NCBI GenBank assembly: GCA_964527925.1
Contig: CAZGQO010000001.1
Coordinates: 397,742-461,741, forward strand
DNA: 64,000 nucleotides
Source of the DNA: an uncultured Ignavibacteriaceae bacterium
GTDB lineage: Bacteria; Bacteroidota; Ignavibacteria; Ch128b
Direction of reading: 5' to 3'
Shown here: positions 1-11,900 of the stretch, in pieces
How positions within the stretch are numbered: the first letter of the stretch is position 1
Layout of the letters: each line of letters starts with the position of its first letter
Notes under the pieces: generated by a model
Database searches by the model: none
Told to the model about the DNA's origin: nothing
What the model saw: only the letters and a program-made list of their open reading frames with translations
Made by a program: the position numbers and the translations under genes

Positions 1-43
1 TTGCAGTGAAAATTTTTCACTTTGAAAGATTGATTTCATTTAT

Positions 44-1174
44 ATGACATTAAAAATTGGAATATTGGGCGGCGGACAACTTGCTAAAATGTCCGCTAAG
101 GCTGCTTATAGATTAGGCTTCCAGATTAATATCCTCGAAAAATCCAAAAACTCTTCCGCTGGTAAAATCACTCCAAATGAATTCATTGGTTGGGTTGACG
201 ATAAAAAATTACTTAAAAAATTCATTCAGAATTCTGATGTAATCACACTGGAAAATGAATTCATCGATAGTCATTACTTGGAATGGATTGAAAATCAGGG
301 CAAGAGGGTAATTCCTTCTTCGTTAACTGTGTCCTTGATTCAGGATAAATTCATTCAAAAATCTACTTTCGAAAAAAAGAAATTGCCTATCCCCAAATTT
401 GTCGAAATAACAGACTCCACAAATTATGAATTGCTTTCTACAATCTTTGGCAATAAGTTTTTAATTAAATCACGAAAACTTGGCTATGATGGTTATGGAA
501 ATTATCTGGTGAATAATTCTAACGATTTCGAAAAAGCTCTTACAAAACTAAAATCCCGTCACAGTAAATTAATGGCTGAAGAATTTATTGATTTCGAAAA
601 AGAAATTGCAATAATGATTGTTCGTACAAAAAAAGAAATCAGAACATATCAAGTGGTTGAAACAATTCAAAAAAATCATATCTGTCATACAGTAATCGCA
701 CCAGCTCACATCGAAGTAAAAATTAAAAAGAATGTCGAAGAAATTGGAGTGGAAGCAGTAAAATCGATTAAAGGTTACGGAATTTTTGGAATAGAATTTT
801 TTCTTGATAAATCTGGTAATGTTTTAATTAACGAAATTGCTCCCCGACCTCACAATTCTGGTCACTATACAATTGATGCCTGCATAACATCTCAATTCGA
901 AAATCACATTCGAAGCGTATTAAATCTGCCGCTTGGTTCAACAGAAATGGTTTTTCCATTTGCCGTAATGGTTAATCTTCTCGGAAAAATCAACAAAAGA
1001 AACAATCAACCTTCACTTCAAAAAATTTTAAGATATGATGATTTGCATCTTCACATTTATGGAAAAGAAGAATCACGAAAAGGCAGAAAGATGGGTCATT
1101 TAACGATTTGTGGAGAAAATCTTGATTCAATCTTAAAAAGGGCAATTCAAGCAGAAAAAGAAATAATCATATAG
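44..1174 (+). CDS. purK: N5-carboxyaminoimidazole ribonucleotide synthase (ATP-grasp), PurK
   Basis: 376-aa ORF with the N-terminal Gly-rich [11 protein letters not shown] motif typical of the PurK ATP-grasp family. It sits immediately upstream of purE and has an AGGAG-like RBS. Confidence 0.85.
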   Translation: MTLKIGILGGGQLAKMSAKAAYRLGFQINILEKSKNSSAGKITPNEFIGWVDDKKLLKKFIQNSDVITLENEFIDSHYLEWIENQGKRVIPSSLTVSLIQDKFIQKSTFEKKKLPIPKFVEITDSTNYELLSTIFGNKFLIKSRKLGYDGYGNYLVNNSNDFEKALTKLKSRHSKLMAEEFIDFEKEIAIMIVRTKKEIRTYQVVETIQKNHICHTVIAPAHIEVKIKKNVEEIGVEAVKSIKGYGIFGIEFFLDKSGNVLINEIAPRPHNSGHYTIDACITSQFENHIRSVLNLPLGSTEMVFPFAVMVNLLGKINKRNNQPSLQKILRYDDLHLHIYGKEESRKGRKMGHLTICGENLDSILKRAIQAEKEIII

Positions 1175-1181
1175 GAGTGAT

Positions 1182-1670
1182 ATGAAGAAAAAACCTCAAG
1201 TTGCAATAATAATGGGTAGTGACTCAGATTTTCCAATAATGCAAGAAGCGGCAAACATTCTCAAAGAATTTGATGTTGAATACGAAATTAAAATAGTTTC
1301 TGCTCACCGAACTCCTGGTTTCATGGCAAAATATACCAGCACAATTCACAAAAAAGGAATAAAAGTGATAATCGCTGGTGCTGGTGGTGCAGCTCATCTG
1401 CCAGGGATGTCCGCTTCATTCTCACCATTGCCTGTTATTGGTGTTCCAATTAAAACAAAATCGATGGATGGATTGGATTCACTCTTATCAATTGCTCAAA
1501 TGCCGGCTGGTGTTCCGGTTGCAACAGTCGCAATTAATAATGCAAGAAATGCTGGTTTGCTCGCCGTTCAAATTCTTGGAATTTGTGATAAAAAACTTTT
1601 CAAGAAAGTGGTTGAGTATAAGGAGAAACTTGCAAACGAATCTTTAAATAAGAATAAAATTTTAAGATGA
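1182..1670 (+). CDS. purE: N5-CAIR mutase PurE
   Basis: 162 aa, with the MGSDSD...SAHRTP and [10 protein letters not shown] motifs characteristic of PurE. RBS AGGAGTG lies 8 nt upstream. Confidence 0.9.
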   Translation: MKKKPQVAIIMGSDSDFPIMQEAANILKEFDVEYEIKIVSAHRTPGFMAKYTSTIHKKGIKVIIAGAGGAAHLPGMSASFSPLPVIGVPIKTKSMDGLDSLLSIAQMPAGVPVATVAINNARNAGLLAVQILGICDKKLFKKVVEYKEKLANESLNKNKILR

Positions 1671-1883
1671 ACATTCTCACTTGGCAGATATCGTTCACTG
1701 GAATTTTTACTTTTTGTAAGTTCTGAATTGTTCATTTTCTTTACTGTAATTCTTTATCGATAAGAAAATTATACTTTGAAAGTTCCTCAATGAAGAGAGT
1801 AAAAACTTGTAATTCATCAAAATCGATAAGTTTACTTCTACAGTTTTAAAAACAAATATTTCGTATTTTTCTCTTGAAGAAAT

Positions 1884-3341
1884 TTGAGTGACAAAATGAT
1901 AAATGGATTCGAAGCAGTAATAGGCTTAGAAATTCACGCTCAACTTTTAACTAAATCAAAATTGTTTTGCGGTTGTTCGACAAAATTTGGAAATCCTCCA
2001 AATACAAATGTTTGTCCAGTCTGTATGGGACATCCTGGTGTTCTTCCAGTGCTGAACAAGAAAGCCGTTGAGTTCACAATTAAAATGGGATTGGCTACAA
2101 ATTGCCTAATTAATACAACATCTTACTTTGCAAGGAAAAATTATTTTTATCCTGACCTTCCAAAGGGTTATCAAATTTCTCAGTATGAACTGCCGCTATG
2201 TTCCAATGGTTATCTTGAAATTGAAGTGAACAATCAAAATCGAAAAATTAGAATTAATCGGATTCATCTGGAAGAAGATGCAGGAAAATCAATACACGAT
2301 CAGGGAAATTTTACTTTACTCGATTATAACAGATGCGGTGTTCCTCTCATTGAAATTGTAACTGCACCTGATTTGCGAACACCAGAAGAAGCAGGTTTGC
2401 TTTTATCAAAAATTCGTCAGATAGTAAAATATCTTGAGATTTGCGATGGAAATATGGAAGAAGGAAGTTTAAGATGCGATGCTAATATTTCAGTAAGACC
2501 GGCTGGTTCTAATACTCTGGGCACTAAAACAGAAGTAAAAAATATGAACTCAATTAAAAATGTTGTCGATGCATTGAAATATGAAATTGAAAGACAGATA
2601 GAAATTTTAAGCAGTGGTGGTGAAATACTGCAACAAACTCTTCTCTGGAATCCTGATAAAAAACAAATTGAATCAATGCGAACTAAAGAAGAGAGCCACG
2701 ATTACAGATATTTTCCCGAACCTGATTTACCTTCAGTTGTTATTGATGACAATTGGCTGAATGAAATTAGAAATTCATTAAGAGAATTACCTGATCAGAA
2801 AAAGCAAAGATTCAAAGTTGAGTTCAATCTTCCTGATTATGATATTGAAATACTGACCTCAGAAAAAGATTATGCTGATTATTTTGAAATGACTTCAAAA
2901 TATACAGATGACTACAAAAGCATCAGCAACTGGTTCATGACTGATATACTGAAAATCTTGAATGAGAAAAAAATTTCAATCAAGGAATTTCCTGTCACTC
3001 CCGAAAAACTTGCTGAGTTGATTAATCTCATAAATAACAAAACTATCAGCAGCAAGATTGCTAAAGAAGTTTTTGCAGATATGTTAATCAATAACGAGTC
3101 TCCTTCAGACATAATAAAACGAAAAAATTTAGTCCAAATTTCAAATGAAGATGAGATAATGAATGTGATTGAAAAAGTCATAGACTCAAATCAGAAACAA
3201 GTGCAGGAATACTTGAACGGGAAAGAGAAAGTATTTGCACACTTCGTTGGTCAGGTGATGAAAGAAACCAGAGGCAAAGCAAATCCCGAAATAGTGAATA
3301 AATTACTCAAACAAAAATTATCATCCCTAAAAGAAAATTAA
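1884..3341 (+). CDS. gatB: Asp-tRNA(Asn)/Glu-tRNA(Gln) amidotransferase subunit B
   Basis: 485 aa. The N-terminal GLEIHAQL and YDRAGVPLIEIV-like motifs and the C-terminal GatB/YqeY domain are conserved. Confidence 0.9.
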   Translation: MSDKMINGFEAVIGLEIHAQLLTKSKLFCGCSTKFGNPPNTNVCPVCMGHPGVLPVLNKKAVEFTIKMGLATNCLINTTSYFARKNYFYPDLPKGYQISQYELPLCSNGYLEIEVNNQNRKIRINRIHLEEDAGKSIHDQGNFTLLDYNRCGVPLIEIVTAPDLRTPEEAGLLLSKIRQIVKYLEICDGNMEEGSLRCDANISVRPAGSNTLGTKTEVKNMNSIKNVVDALKYEIERQIEILSSGGEILQQTLLWNPDKKQIESMRTKEESHDYRYFPEPDLPSVVIDDNWLNEIRNSLRELPDQKKQRFKVEFNLPDYDIEILTSEKDYADYFEMTSKYTDDYKSISNWFMTDILKILNEKKISIKEFPVTPEKLAELINLINNKTISSKIAKEVFADMLINNESPSDIIKRKNLVQISNEDEIMNVIEKVIDSNQKQVQEYLNGKEKVFAHFVGQVMKETRGKANPEIVNKLLKQKLSSLKEN

Positions 3342-3394
3342 AATGTTTAATTCTTTTCACTTCAACCAATCAAAAAAAATCTAATGGTAAATTC

Positions 3395-4372
3395 ATGAAC
3401 GAAAAAGTAGCTTTAATCTTCACCGGTGGAACCATCTCAATGCGAATTGATGAAAGCACTGGCGGTGCAGTTCCATATCTGACAGGTTCTGAATTAATTG
3501 AACTCATTCCTTCAATCAAAGATCTTGCGGAAATTGAAATTTATGATTTCGGAAAATATCCAGGTCCACATATGACTCTTGATTTGATGATGGATTTAAA
3601 AAATGTTGTGAAGAAACACTTAGAGAGAGATGATATCGCAGGTGTTGTAATAACTCACGGAACAGATACGCTTGAAGAGACAGCATATCTGTTAGATCTT
3701 ACCATCAATTCACCAAAACCAGTTGTATTGACAGGTTCAATGAAAAATGCATCTGAACCAGATTGGGATGGTGAAAAGAATTTAATTGATTCAATTAATG
3801 TTGTGTTGAGAAAGAATTGTGAAGATTTAGGTGTTCTCGTTTGTATGAATGGAGAAATTAATGCTGCCAGTGAAGTCTCCAAAATTTATTCAGATGAAAT
3901 TGAATCTTTCAAAAGTCTTGATTTTGGTTCTCTTGGATTTGTTTCAAAGAATCGTGTGATAATAAATCGTTTACCAAGAAAAAGAGAATTTATTCCATCA
4001 GATAAAATTGAAAAAGATATTGATTTAATTCTTGTACATGCTGATATGGGGGATAAGTTTTTCAAGTTTAGTGCAGATGGTGGTGCTAAAGGACTTGTTG
4101 TTGAAGCTCTTGGCGTAGGCAATGTTCCACCAAAAGCTTTTGATGGAATCAAATATGTCCGAGAAAAAAATATCCCTGTCGTTTTAACATCTCGTTGTCC
4201 CGCAGGTGAAACAATGGATATTTATGGCTACTATGGTGCAGGTAAATGGCTAAAAAAAATCGGGGTTATTTTCGCAGATTATTTAAATGGTCAAAAAGCA
4301 AAAATCAAACTGGGACTTTTACTCGGAATGGGATTAAAAGAAGATGAATTGAGAAAATGGTTTGAGGAGTGA
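3395..4372 (+). CDS. ansA: L-asparaginase, type I (cytoplasmic)
   Basis: 325 aa with the N-terminal ALIFTGGTISM threonine-nucleophile motif and the ITHGTDT motif of the asparaginase/glutaminase family. Confidence 0.8.
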   Translation: MNEKVALIFTGGTISMRIDESTGGAVPYLTGSELIELIPSIKDLAEIEIYDFGKYPGPHMTLDLMMDLKNVVKKHLERDDIAGVVITHGTDTLEETAYLLDLTINSPKPVVLTGSMKNASEPDWDGEKNLIDSINVVLRKNCEDLGVLVCMNGEINAASEVSKIYSDEIESFKSLDFGSLGFVSKNRVIINRLPRKREFIPSDKIEKDIDLILVHADMGDKFFKFSADGGAKGLVVEALGVGNVPPKAFDGIKYVREKNIPVVLTSRCPAGETMDIYGYYGAGKWLKKIGVIFADYLNGQKAKIKLGLLLGMGLKEDELRKWFEE

Positions 4373-4380
4373 AAGAAATC

Positions 4381-5193
4381 TTACCAATGTTCTATCTTAA
4401 TTAAATTCTCGATTGGTCTATTAAGAAACATCTCCCCTACCTGCTTGAATCGATTTGGTAAATCACTTACATAGTAAACATAGTTTGGTTTTAATTTTGA
4501 TTGATTAATCAAATTATTTTCTTCCAGAATTTTCTTCACAGAGTGAGCTGTGGCAACTCCGCTATCGATTAATTGAACATTTTCTCCCATTATTTTCTGA
4601 ATTGTATTTTTAAGTAAAGGATAATGAGTACAACCCAGAATCAAAGTGTCAACTGAAAATTTTTTTAATTCACTTAAATATTCTTCTGCCGCAAGATAAG
4701 CTATCTTATGATTTGCCCAACCTTCCTCTACAATTGGAACAAACAAAGGACATGCTTTTCCATAAACCTCAATTGTACGATCCAATTTTTTGATTTCCAT
4801 CTCGTATGCACGACTCAAAATTGTTGCTGTTGTTCCAATTATTGCAATTCTTTTATTCTTTGTTACTTCAACAGCTTTTTCTGAACCTGGTTCTATCACG
4901 CCTGTGACAGGTAAATCAGTAATGCTTTTTATTTCATCAAGTGCAATAGCTGAAGATGTATTACAAGCAATCACAATCATTTTTACATTTTTAGAGAGGA
5001 GAAATTTTGTGTTTTGAATTGAATATTCTTTGATTGTTCTTTCAGATTTATTCCCATAAGGCACCCGTGCAGTATCTCCAAAATAAACTATATTCTCATT
5101 TGGAAGGATATTCATTAACTCTTTTACTACCGTTAAGCCGCCAATTCCAGAATCAAAAACACCAATTGGACTTTCGGGGGAGACTTTCATCAT
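4381..5193 (-). CDS. murI: glutamate racemase
   Basis: 270 aa with the IGVFDSGIGGLTV N-terminal motif and a second conserved Cys region (GCTHYP). Its stop overlaps the glnD start by 4 nt. Confidence 0.88.
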   Translation of the reverse strand: MMKVSPESPIGVFDSGIGGLTVVKELMNILPNENIVYFGDTARVPYGNKSERTIKEYSIQNTKFLLSKNVKMIVIACNTSSAIALDEIKSITDLPVTGVIEPGSEKAVEVTKNKRIAIIGTTATILSRAYEMEIKKLDRTIEVYGKACPLFVPIVEEGWANHKIAYLAAEEYLSELKKFSVDTLILGCTHYPLLKNTIQKIMGENVQLIDSGVATAHSVKKILEENNLINQSKLKPNYVYYVSDLPNRFKQVGEMFLNRPIENLIKIEHW

Positions 5194-7769
5194 GAAGAGG
5201 CAAAAGTCCTTTCAAAGTTTGAAAGTGCTGAAGTTAATTCTTTCTTGATGAACTCAAATTTGGAGGGCAGAATTTTTTGGAGATTTGAATCAAGAACATA
5301 AAAACTATCAAACGCACCATTTAACTTGGTTCCAATCTTCGCAAAGTAAATATTTAACTCCAACTCTGTAAGCTTCTTTGTGATCAAGTAGAGCAAACCA
5401 ATTCTATCTGATGCGTGAATATCAATTATGGTGTATCGGGGATGATTTTCAAAATTTACTTCAACACCAATGTATGAAATTAATTTTTTATCGATTCGTT
5501 TCCACTTATTGCGATGTTCTTCGAAAGCTTTTTCAAGATCATAATTTTGAAGTAAAACACGGGTTAGATTTTCAGCCAGTTCTTCAAAATGTTCTTCAGT
5601 CAATGGTTGGTGATTAATAAAATCTGTGATTTTGAAAGTGTCTATTATAATTCCATCCTTTCGTGTGAAAATGCTTGCATCGTGAATATTGCAATCGCTA
5701 ATCGAAATAGAACCACAAATTTTTGAAAGCAAACCTTTTGCATCTTTTGTGATTACAGTAAGCTGGGTATATTCTTCTGTATTGTTGTGAAGTATTGAAA
5801 GGACAAGACCTTTTTTTATTTCATCGATGTGAGATGCAATTTCATCTTCGGTGAAAGTGTATATGTAATTGACATCATTCATTAATTCGAGATGCTCAAA
5901 GTATTCCTTTTTGTCTATGGAATATTTTGAAAGATCAAGCTTTTCAAAATCGGGACTTAACAATTCTTCTGCACTGATATTGAAAAAAATCATTTCCTGT
6001 GTTTTTGAATACAAATCATCCAACAAAGAACTCTTCCATGATGTCCATAAACTTGGATTTACAGCTGAAAGGTCTGCATAAGTTAACAAGTAAAGAAAAT
6101 CCAGTTCTCTCAAATTCTTAAACTTTTCTCTGAAAGAATTAAGTATTGTTGCATCATTCAGATTTCTTCTAAACGCCGTCTGTTCCATCAAAAGATGATT
6201 TTCAACCAGAAACGACACTAGTTGTATTTCTTCTTCCGAGTAACCGAATCTTTGCATCACATTTTCAGCGATCTGTGCACCGATCAATTCATGTCCATAC
6301 TGTGTAATTGGTTTGGCAATGTCATGAAACAAAATTGCCAGTAAAAGCAACTCTTTATTTGCATATTTTCTGAATAGATTCCCAATTTGAGAGTTATCAA
6401 GTTCGAGATTATAAATATTTTTTATAGCCATTAATGTATGTTCATCAGTAGTGTAAATATGGTAGGCATCTGGTTGAAAGAAAAACTTAAGCTTATCAAA
6501 CTCTGGAATAAGTAAACCCAGAATACCGAGTCGATGCATTTGAAAGAGTACATCGCTTATATCATCATTTATTTGTAAGATTTTTCGAAATTCATGAATT
6601 ACATCGAGGTGAGTTGCTTCAGTGCCGTCAAGATAATCTAAACTCTTTTGAATTTGTTTCATCAACTCATTATTAAAGATTGCTTTGTATTGAGCCTGAT
6701 AATTAAAGACTTTTAATATCTGATCAAGTGAAAGATTTTTTCTGGTTTTTGACTTTATGAATCTTCCGCAAAGAGAATAATCTTCATCGAGTTCATAAGT
6801 ATTGAATATTTCGCAGGGAAAAATCAGTTGCAAAGCTTCTTTGGTGAAAAATTCTAAAGTTCTTGAAATAGTTAAAGTCGATTCAAATAAAATTCTCAAC
6901 AACTTATTGTTTGCCTCATCTATGTCTATAGAACCTGGTTCAAGAAATTTAGTCACTTTAATTTGTGATTGAAAGTCAAATCTATCACGATTATTTGAGT
7001 TGACAATATGAAGAGCATTTCTTAATCGTATCAAATAATCATAAGATGAAAAAATTGATTTCATCTCAGAAGAAGAGAACAAATTATTATTTAGTATTGA
7101 AAGCAAAAATTGATTTGTTCCGGTATCGTATTTATCAAAAGACGGAATTTCGTTGTTAATTAGATAATATAACCAGCTTGCGGAATGAAGATCTCGAATT
7201 CCGCCTTTTGTGTTTTTTAAATTCGGTTCGAGTAAAAATGGAGATTTCCCATAAGTAGTGTGTCGTTTATCTACATCATTTAGAATTAACTCGATTAATT
7301 TCTTCTTTAATTCAGAATTGATGATGTTTTTAACATTCTCCACAAATTTGAGAAAGATTGTTTTAGAACCGGAAATAAATCTCAATTCAAGTAATTGAGT
7401 AAACGAGGTCAAGTCATTCTCAGCGAATTCGTAAATCTGATTAAAAGTTCTGATCGAATGTGAAACATTTATTCGGTTATCCCACAGTTCCTGAAGAATT
7501 TTAGAAATAAATCCGCTGTTTTCTTCAATTGAGTTAGTAATAAATACAATATCAACATCAGAGAAAGGGGTTAATTCCATTCTGCTTAAACCGCCAGCTG
7601 CTGCAATTGCCAAATCATCAGGTGCATCTTTTGTTAGAAATTCAATTCTATTGTTAAATAATCTCGAGTATTGAAGAGAAAAATCTAATCCTGATTTAAA
7701 TTGATTAAATTCATCAATAAGTTTGGCAGCTTTTTTAATAAAATTTTCTTTCGAATCGTTCATACGCAA
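5190..7769 (-). CDS. glnD: [protein-PII] uridylyltransferase/uridylyl-removing enzyme GlnD
   Basis: 859 aa. It has an N-terminal nucleotidyltransferase motif (GGLSRMELTPFSDVDIVF), a central HD domain (HDIAKP...DEHTL) and two C-terminal ACT-like domains. Confidence 0.8.
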   Translation of the reverse strand: MRMNDSKENFIKKAAKLIDEFNQFKSGLDFSLQYSRLFNNRIEFLTKDAPDDLAIAAAGGLSRMELTPFSDVDIVFITNSIEENSGFISKILQELWDNRINVSHSIRTFNQIYEFAENDLTSFTQLLELRFISGSKTIFLKFVENVKNIINSELKKKLIELILNDVDKRHTTYGKSPFLLEPNLKNTKGGIRDLHSASWLYYLINNEIPSFDKYDTGTNQFLLSILNNNLFSSSEMKSIFSSYDYLIRLRNALHIVNSNNRDRFDFQSQIKVTKFLEPGSIDIDEANNKLLRILFESTLTISRTLEFFTKEALQLIFPCEIFNTYELDEDYSLCGRFIKSKTRKNLSLDQILKVFNYQAQYKAIFNNELMKQIQKSLDYLDGTEATHLDVIHEFRKILQINDDISDVLFQMHRLGILGLLIPEFDKLKFFFQPDAYHIYTTDEHTLMAIKNIYNLELDNSQIGNLFRKYANKELLLLAILFHDIAKPITQYGHELIGAQIAENVMQRFGYSEEEIQLVSFLVENHLLMEQTAFRRNLNDATILNSFREKFKNLRELDFLYLLTYADLSAVNPSLWTSWKSSLLDDLYSKTQEMIFFNISAEELLSPDFEKLDLSKYSIDKKEYFEHLELMNDVNYIYTFTEDEIASHIDEIKKGLVLSILHNNTEEYTQLTVITKDAKGLLSKICGSISISDCNIHDASIFTRKDGIIIDTFKITDFINHQPLTEEHFEELAENLTRVLLQNYDLEKAFEEHRNKWKRIDKKLISYIGVEVNFENHPRYTIIDIHASDRIGLLYLITKKLTELELNIYFAKIGTKLNGAFDSFYVLDSNLQKILPSKFEFIKKELTSALSNFERTFASS

Positions 7770-7817
7770 TTATGTTATTAGTTATGTGAAGTTAACAAAC
7801 CAAAAAATAAGAAGAAA

Positions 7818-9281
<1,464 letters not shown>

Positions 9282-9546
9282 TCAACTTAAGATTTTTTTG
9301 AAAACCATATACATTCTTTTTTGCACGGAGAATTCTGAATCGCTAAAAAAAGAAGGAAATTCTTGATAGTAAATAAATAAAAACCTATTTAGGGATCTTA
9401 ATTACTAAGAAGATTTTTATTCTTTGAGGAACAACCTTTCTGAAAGAAAGGGCAATAAATATCCTTGAATGGAATTTTTAATTTTATAATGATGCTATAG
9501 TGACTTCAATTTTCTACTTCAAAAAATTTGACCAGAATTTTCAATG

Positions 9547-9741
9547 TCAAGTAATTTCATATTGTAGAATTTTTAGCTGATCCTGTGAGATACGTGTACT
9601 TAGAATTTCAATTCCAACTATCCTATCTTCCTTGTCACTGTCTAAAATTATTCCTGGATAAACTTCTTCAGATTCAATTATAGGGGACTCGTCTAATCGC
9701 AAGTATAGAGCATCATTATCTTTATCAACTTTTATTTTCAT
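9547..9741 (-). CDS. DUF2283 family protein (antitoxin-like partner of DUF4258)
   Basis: 64 aa starting MKIKVDKDNDALYLRL, the hallmark N-terminus of DUF2283. Its ATG overlaps, as ATGA, the stop of the upstream DUF4258-like reading frame. Confidence 0.7.
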   Translation of the reverse strand: MKIKVDKDNDALYLRLDESPIIESEEVYPGIILDSDKEDRIVGIEILSTRISQDQLKILQYEIT

Positions 9742-9983
9742 TTTTTTCTCCTTGCTTTTCGATCAAAAAATGCTGTTACTACTTTGTTTGGTATTATATG
9801 AGGATTTACAACTACATGAAGAACTCTCCCTTCATATTCATCAATAACCTTGAAATAATGAATATTATTATCCTTCCCTTCACTACTCCAATCTTGATTA
9901 TTAATGGTTCGCCGCACCCATTCTTCAAGAATTTTTCGCTAATTTAAAATGTTTTTCGCATGATTGGTTAGTTCAATATCCAT
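9738..9983 (-). pseudogene. DUF4258 family (toxin-like) gene interrupted by an in-frame TAG at codon 15
   Basis: Reading the minus strand by hand gives ATG(9983) MDIELTNHAKNILN, then TAG (9941-9939), then RKILEEWVRRTINNQDWSSEGKDNNIHYFKVIDEYEGRVLHVVVNPHIIPNKVVTAFFDRKARRKK in the same frame, ending at a TGA that overlaps the DUF2283 ATG. Both halves fit the DUF4258 pattern (IEFTxHAxxRM...INNPD...VVV...I.TAF). There is no in-frame ATG after the TAG. Confidence 0.6.
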
Positions 9984-10251
9984 TATCTGAAAACCTGAAC
10001 CTTCTTAATTCTGTAATCAATTAATCCAAAAATATTTCTCTTTTCAAACTCCCTATTTTTAACATTAATTCTGAAGAAAAATCTGAATTATTAGCCTATC
10101 GGAATCAACATAAATAATTTTATGAACTATAATACAAAATTAAATTATTAGAGATAATTCACATTTCTACTTTAGAGTTTAAAAACTACTCAATAATTTA
10201 GAATTAAATTTCTTTTAACTAAGTTTGTAAACTAAAAAGTGAGTTGTAAAA

Positions 10252-11127
10252 ATGATCATTAGTATGACTGGATATGGAAATGCAGAATTTGAAAGAGACG
10301 GTATTTCCTACTCTTCGGAAGTGAAAAGCCTAAATAGCAGGTATCTCGAAGTTTCAATCAAACTTCCTAAGGTTCATGCAAGCAAAGAAAATGAAATTCG
10401 CGAGTTAGTTCGTAAGTACATCAATCGAGGAAAGATTATCCTGAACGCCAACATTGAAAAGAGTACACTAGTTAATCTTCCCATTGAAATAGATGAAGAA
10501 GTAATCAAATATTTAAATCAGCTTTTCAAAAAAATCAAAAAAATCTCAAGGTCAGAAGAAAAAATAAAACTTGACCATTACCTCCGATTCTCAGAAATAT
10601 TCAAACATAAGGAAGAAGAAATTTCGGAAACTGAATTTCAGAATTTATATGAATGCATTGAAGAATCTTTGAAAAAATTAGTTGAAATGAGAATTCAGGA
10701 AGGTAAAGAACTTGAAAAAGATATTCTTCAGAGAATTGAAATTATTGAAAATGCTGTAAACGAGATTGAAATAATATGGGAAGCTCGAGCCCAGGAAGAA
10801 TTTCAGAAATTGAAAGAAAAAGCTCAAAAATTACTTACTGATGTTGAGATTGACGAAGCAAGACTTGAGCTTGAACTTGCGCTCTTACTTGATAAGTTAG
10901 ATATCACAGAAGAATGCGTTCGTCTTAAAAGTCATATCAAATTTTTCAGAGAAGCAGTTAATGGAAATGAACCAGGCGGTAGAAAACTTGGATTTTTAAC
11001 TCAAGAACTTTTGAGAGAGGCAAATACAATTGCTGCCAAATCAAATAATGCTGAAATCTCACAAAAAGTTGTTTTAATCAAAGAAGAAATTGAAAAAATA
11101 AAAGAACAAGTGCAGAACATTGAGTAA
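10252..11127 (+). CDS. yicC: YicC/YloC family stress-induced protein
   Basis: 291 aa with the MIISMTGYG N-terminus typical of YicC and a C-terminal coiled-coil/DUF1732 region. It overlaps gmk by 8 nt, as in the conserved yicC-gmk-rpoZ arrangement. Confidence 0.8.
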   Translation: MIISMTGYGNAEFERDGISYSSEVKSLNSRYLEVSIKLPKVHASKENEIRELVRKYINRGKIILNANIEKSTLVNLPIEIDEEVIKYLNQLFKKIKKISRSEEKIKLDHYLRFSEIFKHKEEEISETEFQNLYECIEESLKKLVEMRIQEGKELEKDILQRIEIIENAVNEIEIIWEARAQEEFQKLKEKAQKLLTDVEIDEARLELELALLLDKLDITEECVRLKSHIKFFREAVNGNEPGGRKLGFLTQELLREANTIAAKSNNAEISQKVVLIKEEIEKIKEQVQNIE

Positions 11128-11698
11128 GAAACCAAAACTAATCGTAATTTCAGCTCCGAGTGGAACAGGCAAGACCAGTGTAATTAAAGAAATCTTAAAA
11201 CAATTTTCAGATAAATTAACTTTCTCAATCTCCGCAACCACTCGCAAAAAAAGATCAAATGAAACAAACGGTGTTGAGTATTATTTTCTAACTGTAGAAG
11301 AATTCAAAAAGAAAATTGAAAATGATGAGTTCATAGAGTGGGAAGAGATTTATGGTGATTACTACGGGACACTAAAATCAGAAGTGCAAAGAGCATTCAA
11401 TGAAGGAAAACATATTTTATTCGAATTGGATGTGAAAGGCAGTTTGAAACTAAAAAAACTTTATCCAGAGTCAATTTTAATTTTTATAGTCCCACCAAGC
11501 ATAGAAGAGCTTGAAAAAAGACTTAAGAAACGCAATACCGAAACTCAGGAAAGTCTTCAGAAAAGAATCGATAGAGCCAAAATGGAATTAGAACAAGCCA
11601 GGTATTTCGATTATAAAGTAGAAAACTATGACCTGAATCAGGCAATTGAAGGAACAAGAAAAATCATAGAAAAAATTTTAGAAGAAAACAATAATTAA
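11120..11698 (+). CDS. gmk: guanylate kinase
   Basis: 192 aa with the P-loop ISAPSGTGKTS, the SISATTR motif and the YYF...EF GMP-binding region. Confidence 0.85.
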   Translation: MSKKPKLIVISAPSGTGKTSVIKEILKQFSDKLTFSISATTRKKRSNETNGVEYYFLTVEEFKKKIENDEFIEWEEIYGDYYGTLKSEVQRAFNEGKHILFELDVKGSLKLKKLYPESILIFIVPPSIEELEKRLKKRNTETQESLQKRIDRAKMELEQARYFDYKVENYDLNQAIEGTRKIIEKILEENNN

Positions 11699-11900
11699 TC
11701 TACAACTAATCAACCTTCTTGATTTATTTAATTTTTTACAGCGAAAATCTGAACAATTTCACATGCATTTAATAAATGGATTACTTGACTTATTAATTAG
11801 ATGAAAAACAACCATCAGATCTTTATTTCATATTAGAAAAAATTCTTATCTTTGTAAGATAAATGGTGGTATAATTAAACTAATATCAGAGGTAAAAACT

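Noticed and set aside
9939-9941. In-frame TAG (DUF4258 gene) and in-frame TAA (small CTD gene, 37630-37632) as evidence of stop-codon reassignment
   Set aside because: All well-supported genes in the window terminate normally at TAA, TAG or TGA with conserved C-termini, so genome-wide recoding is very unlikely. They are interpreted as nonsense mutations.
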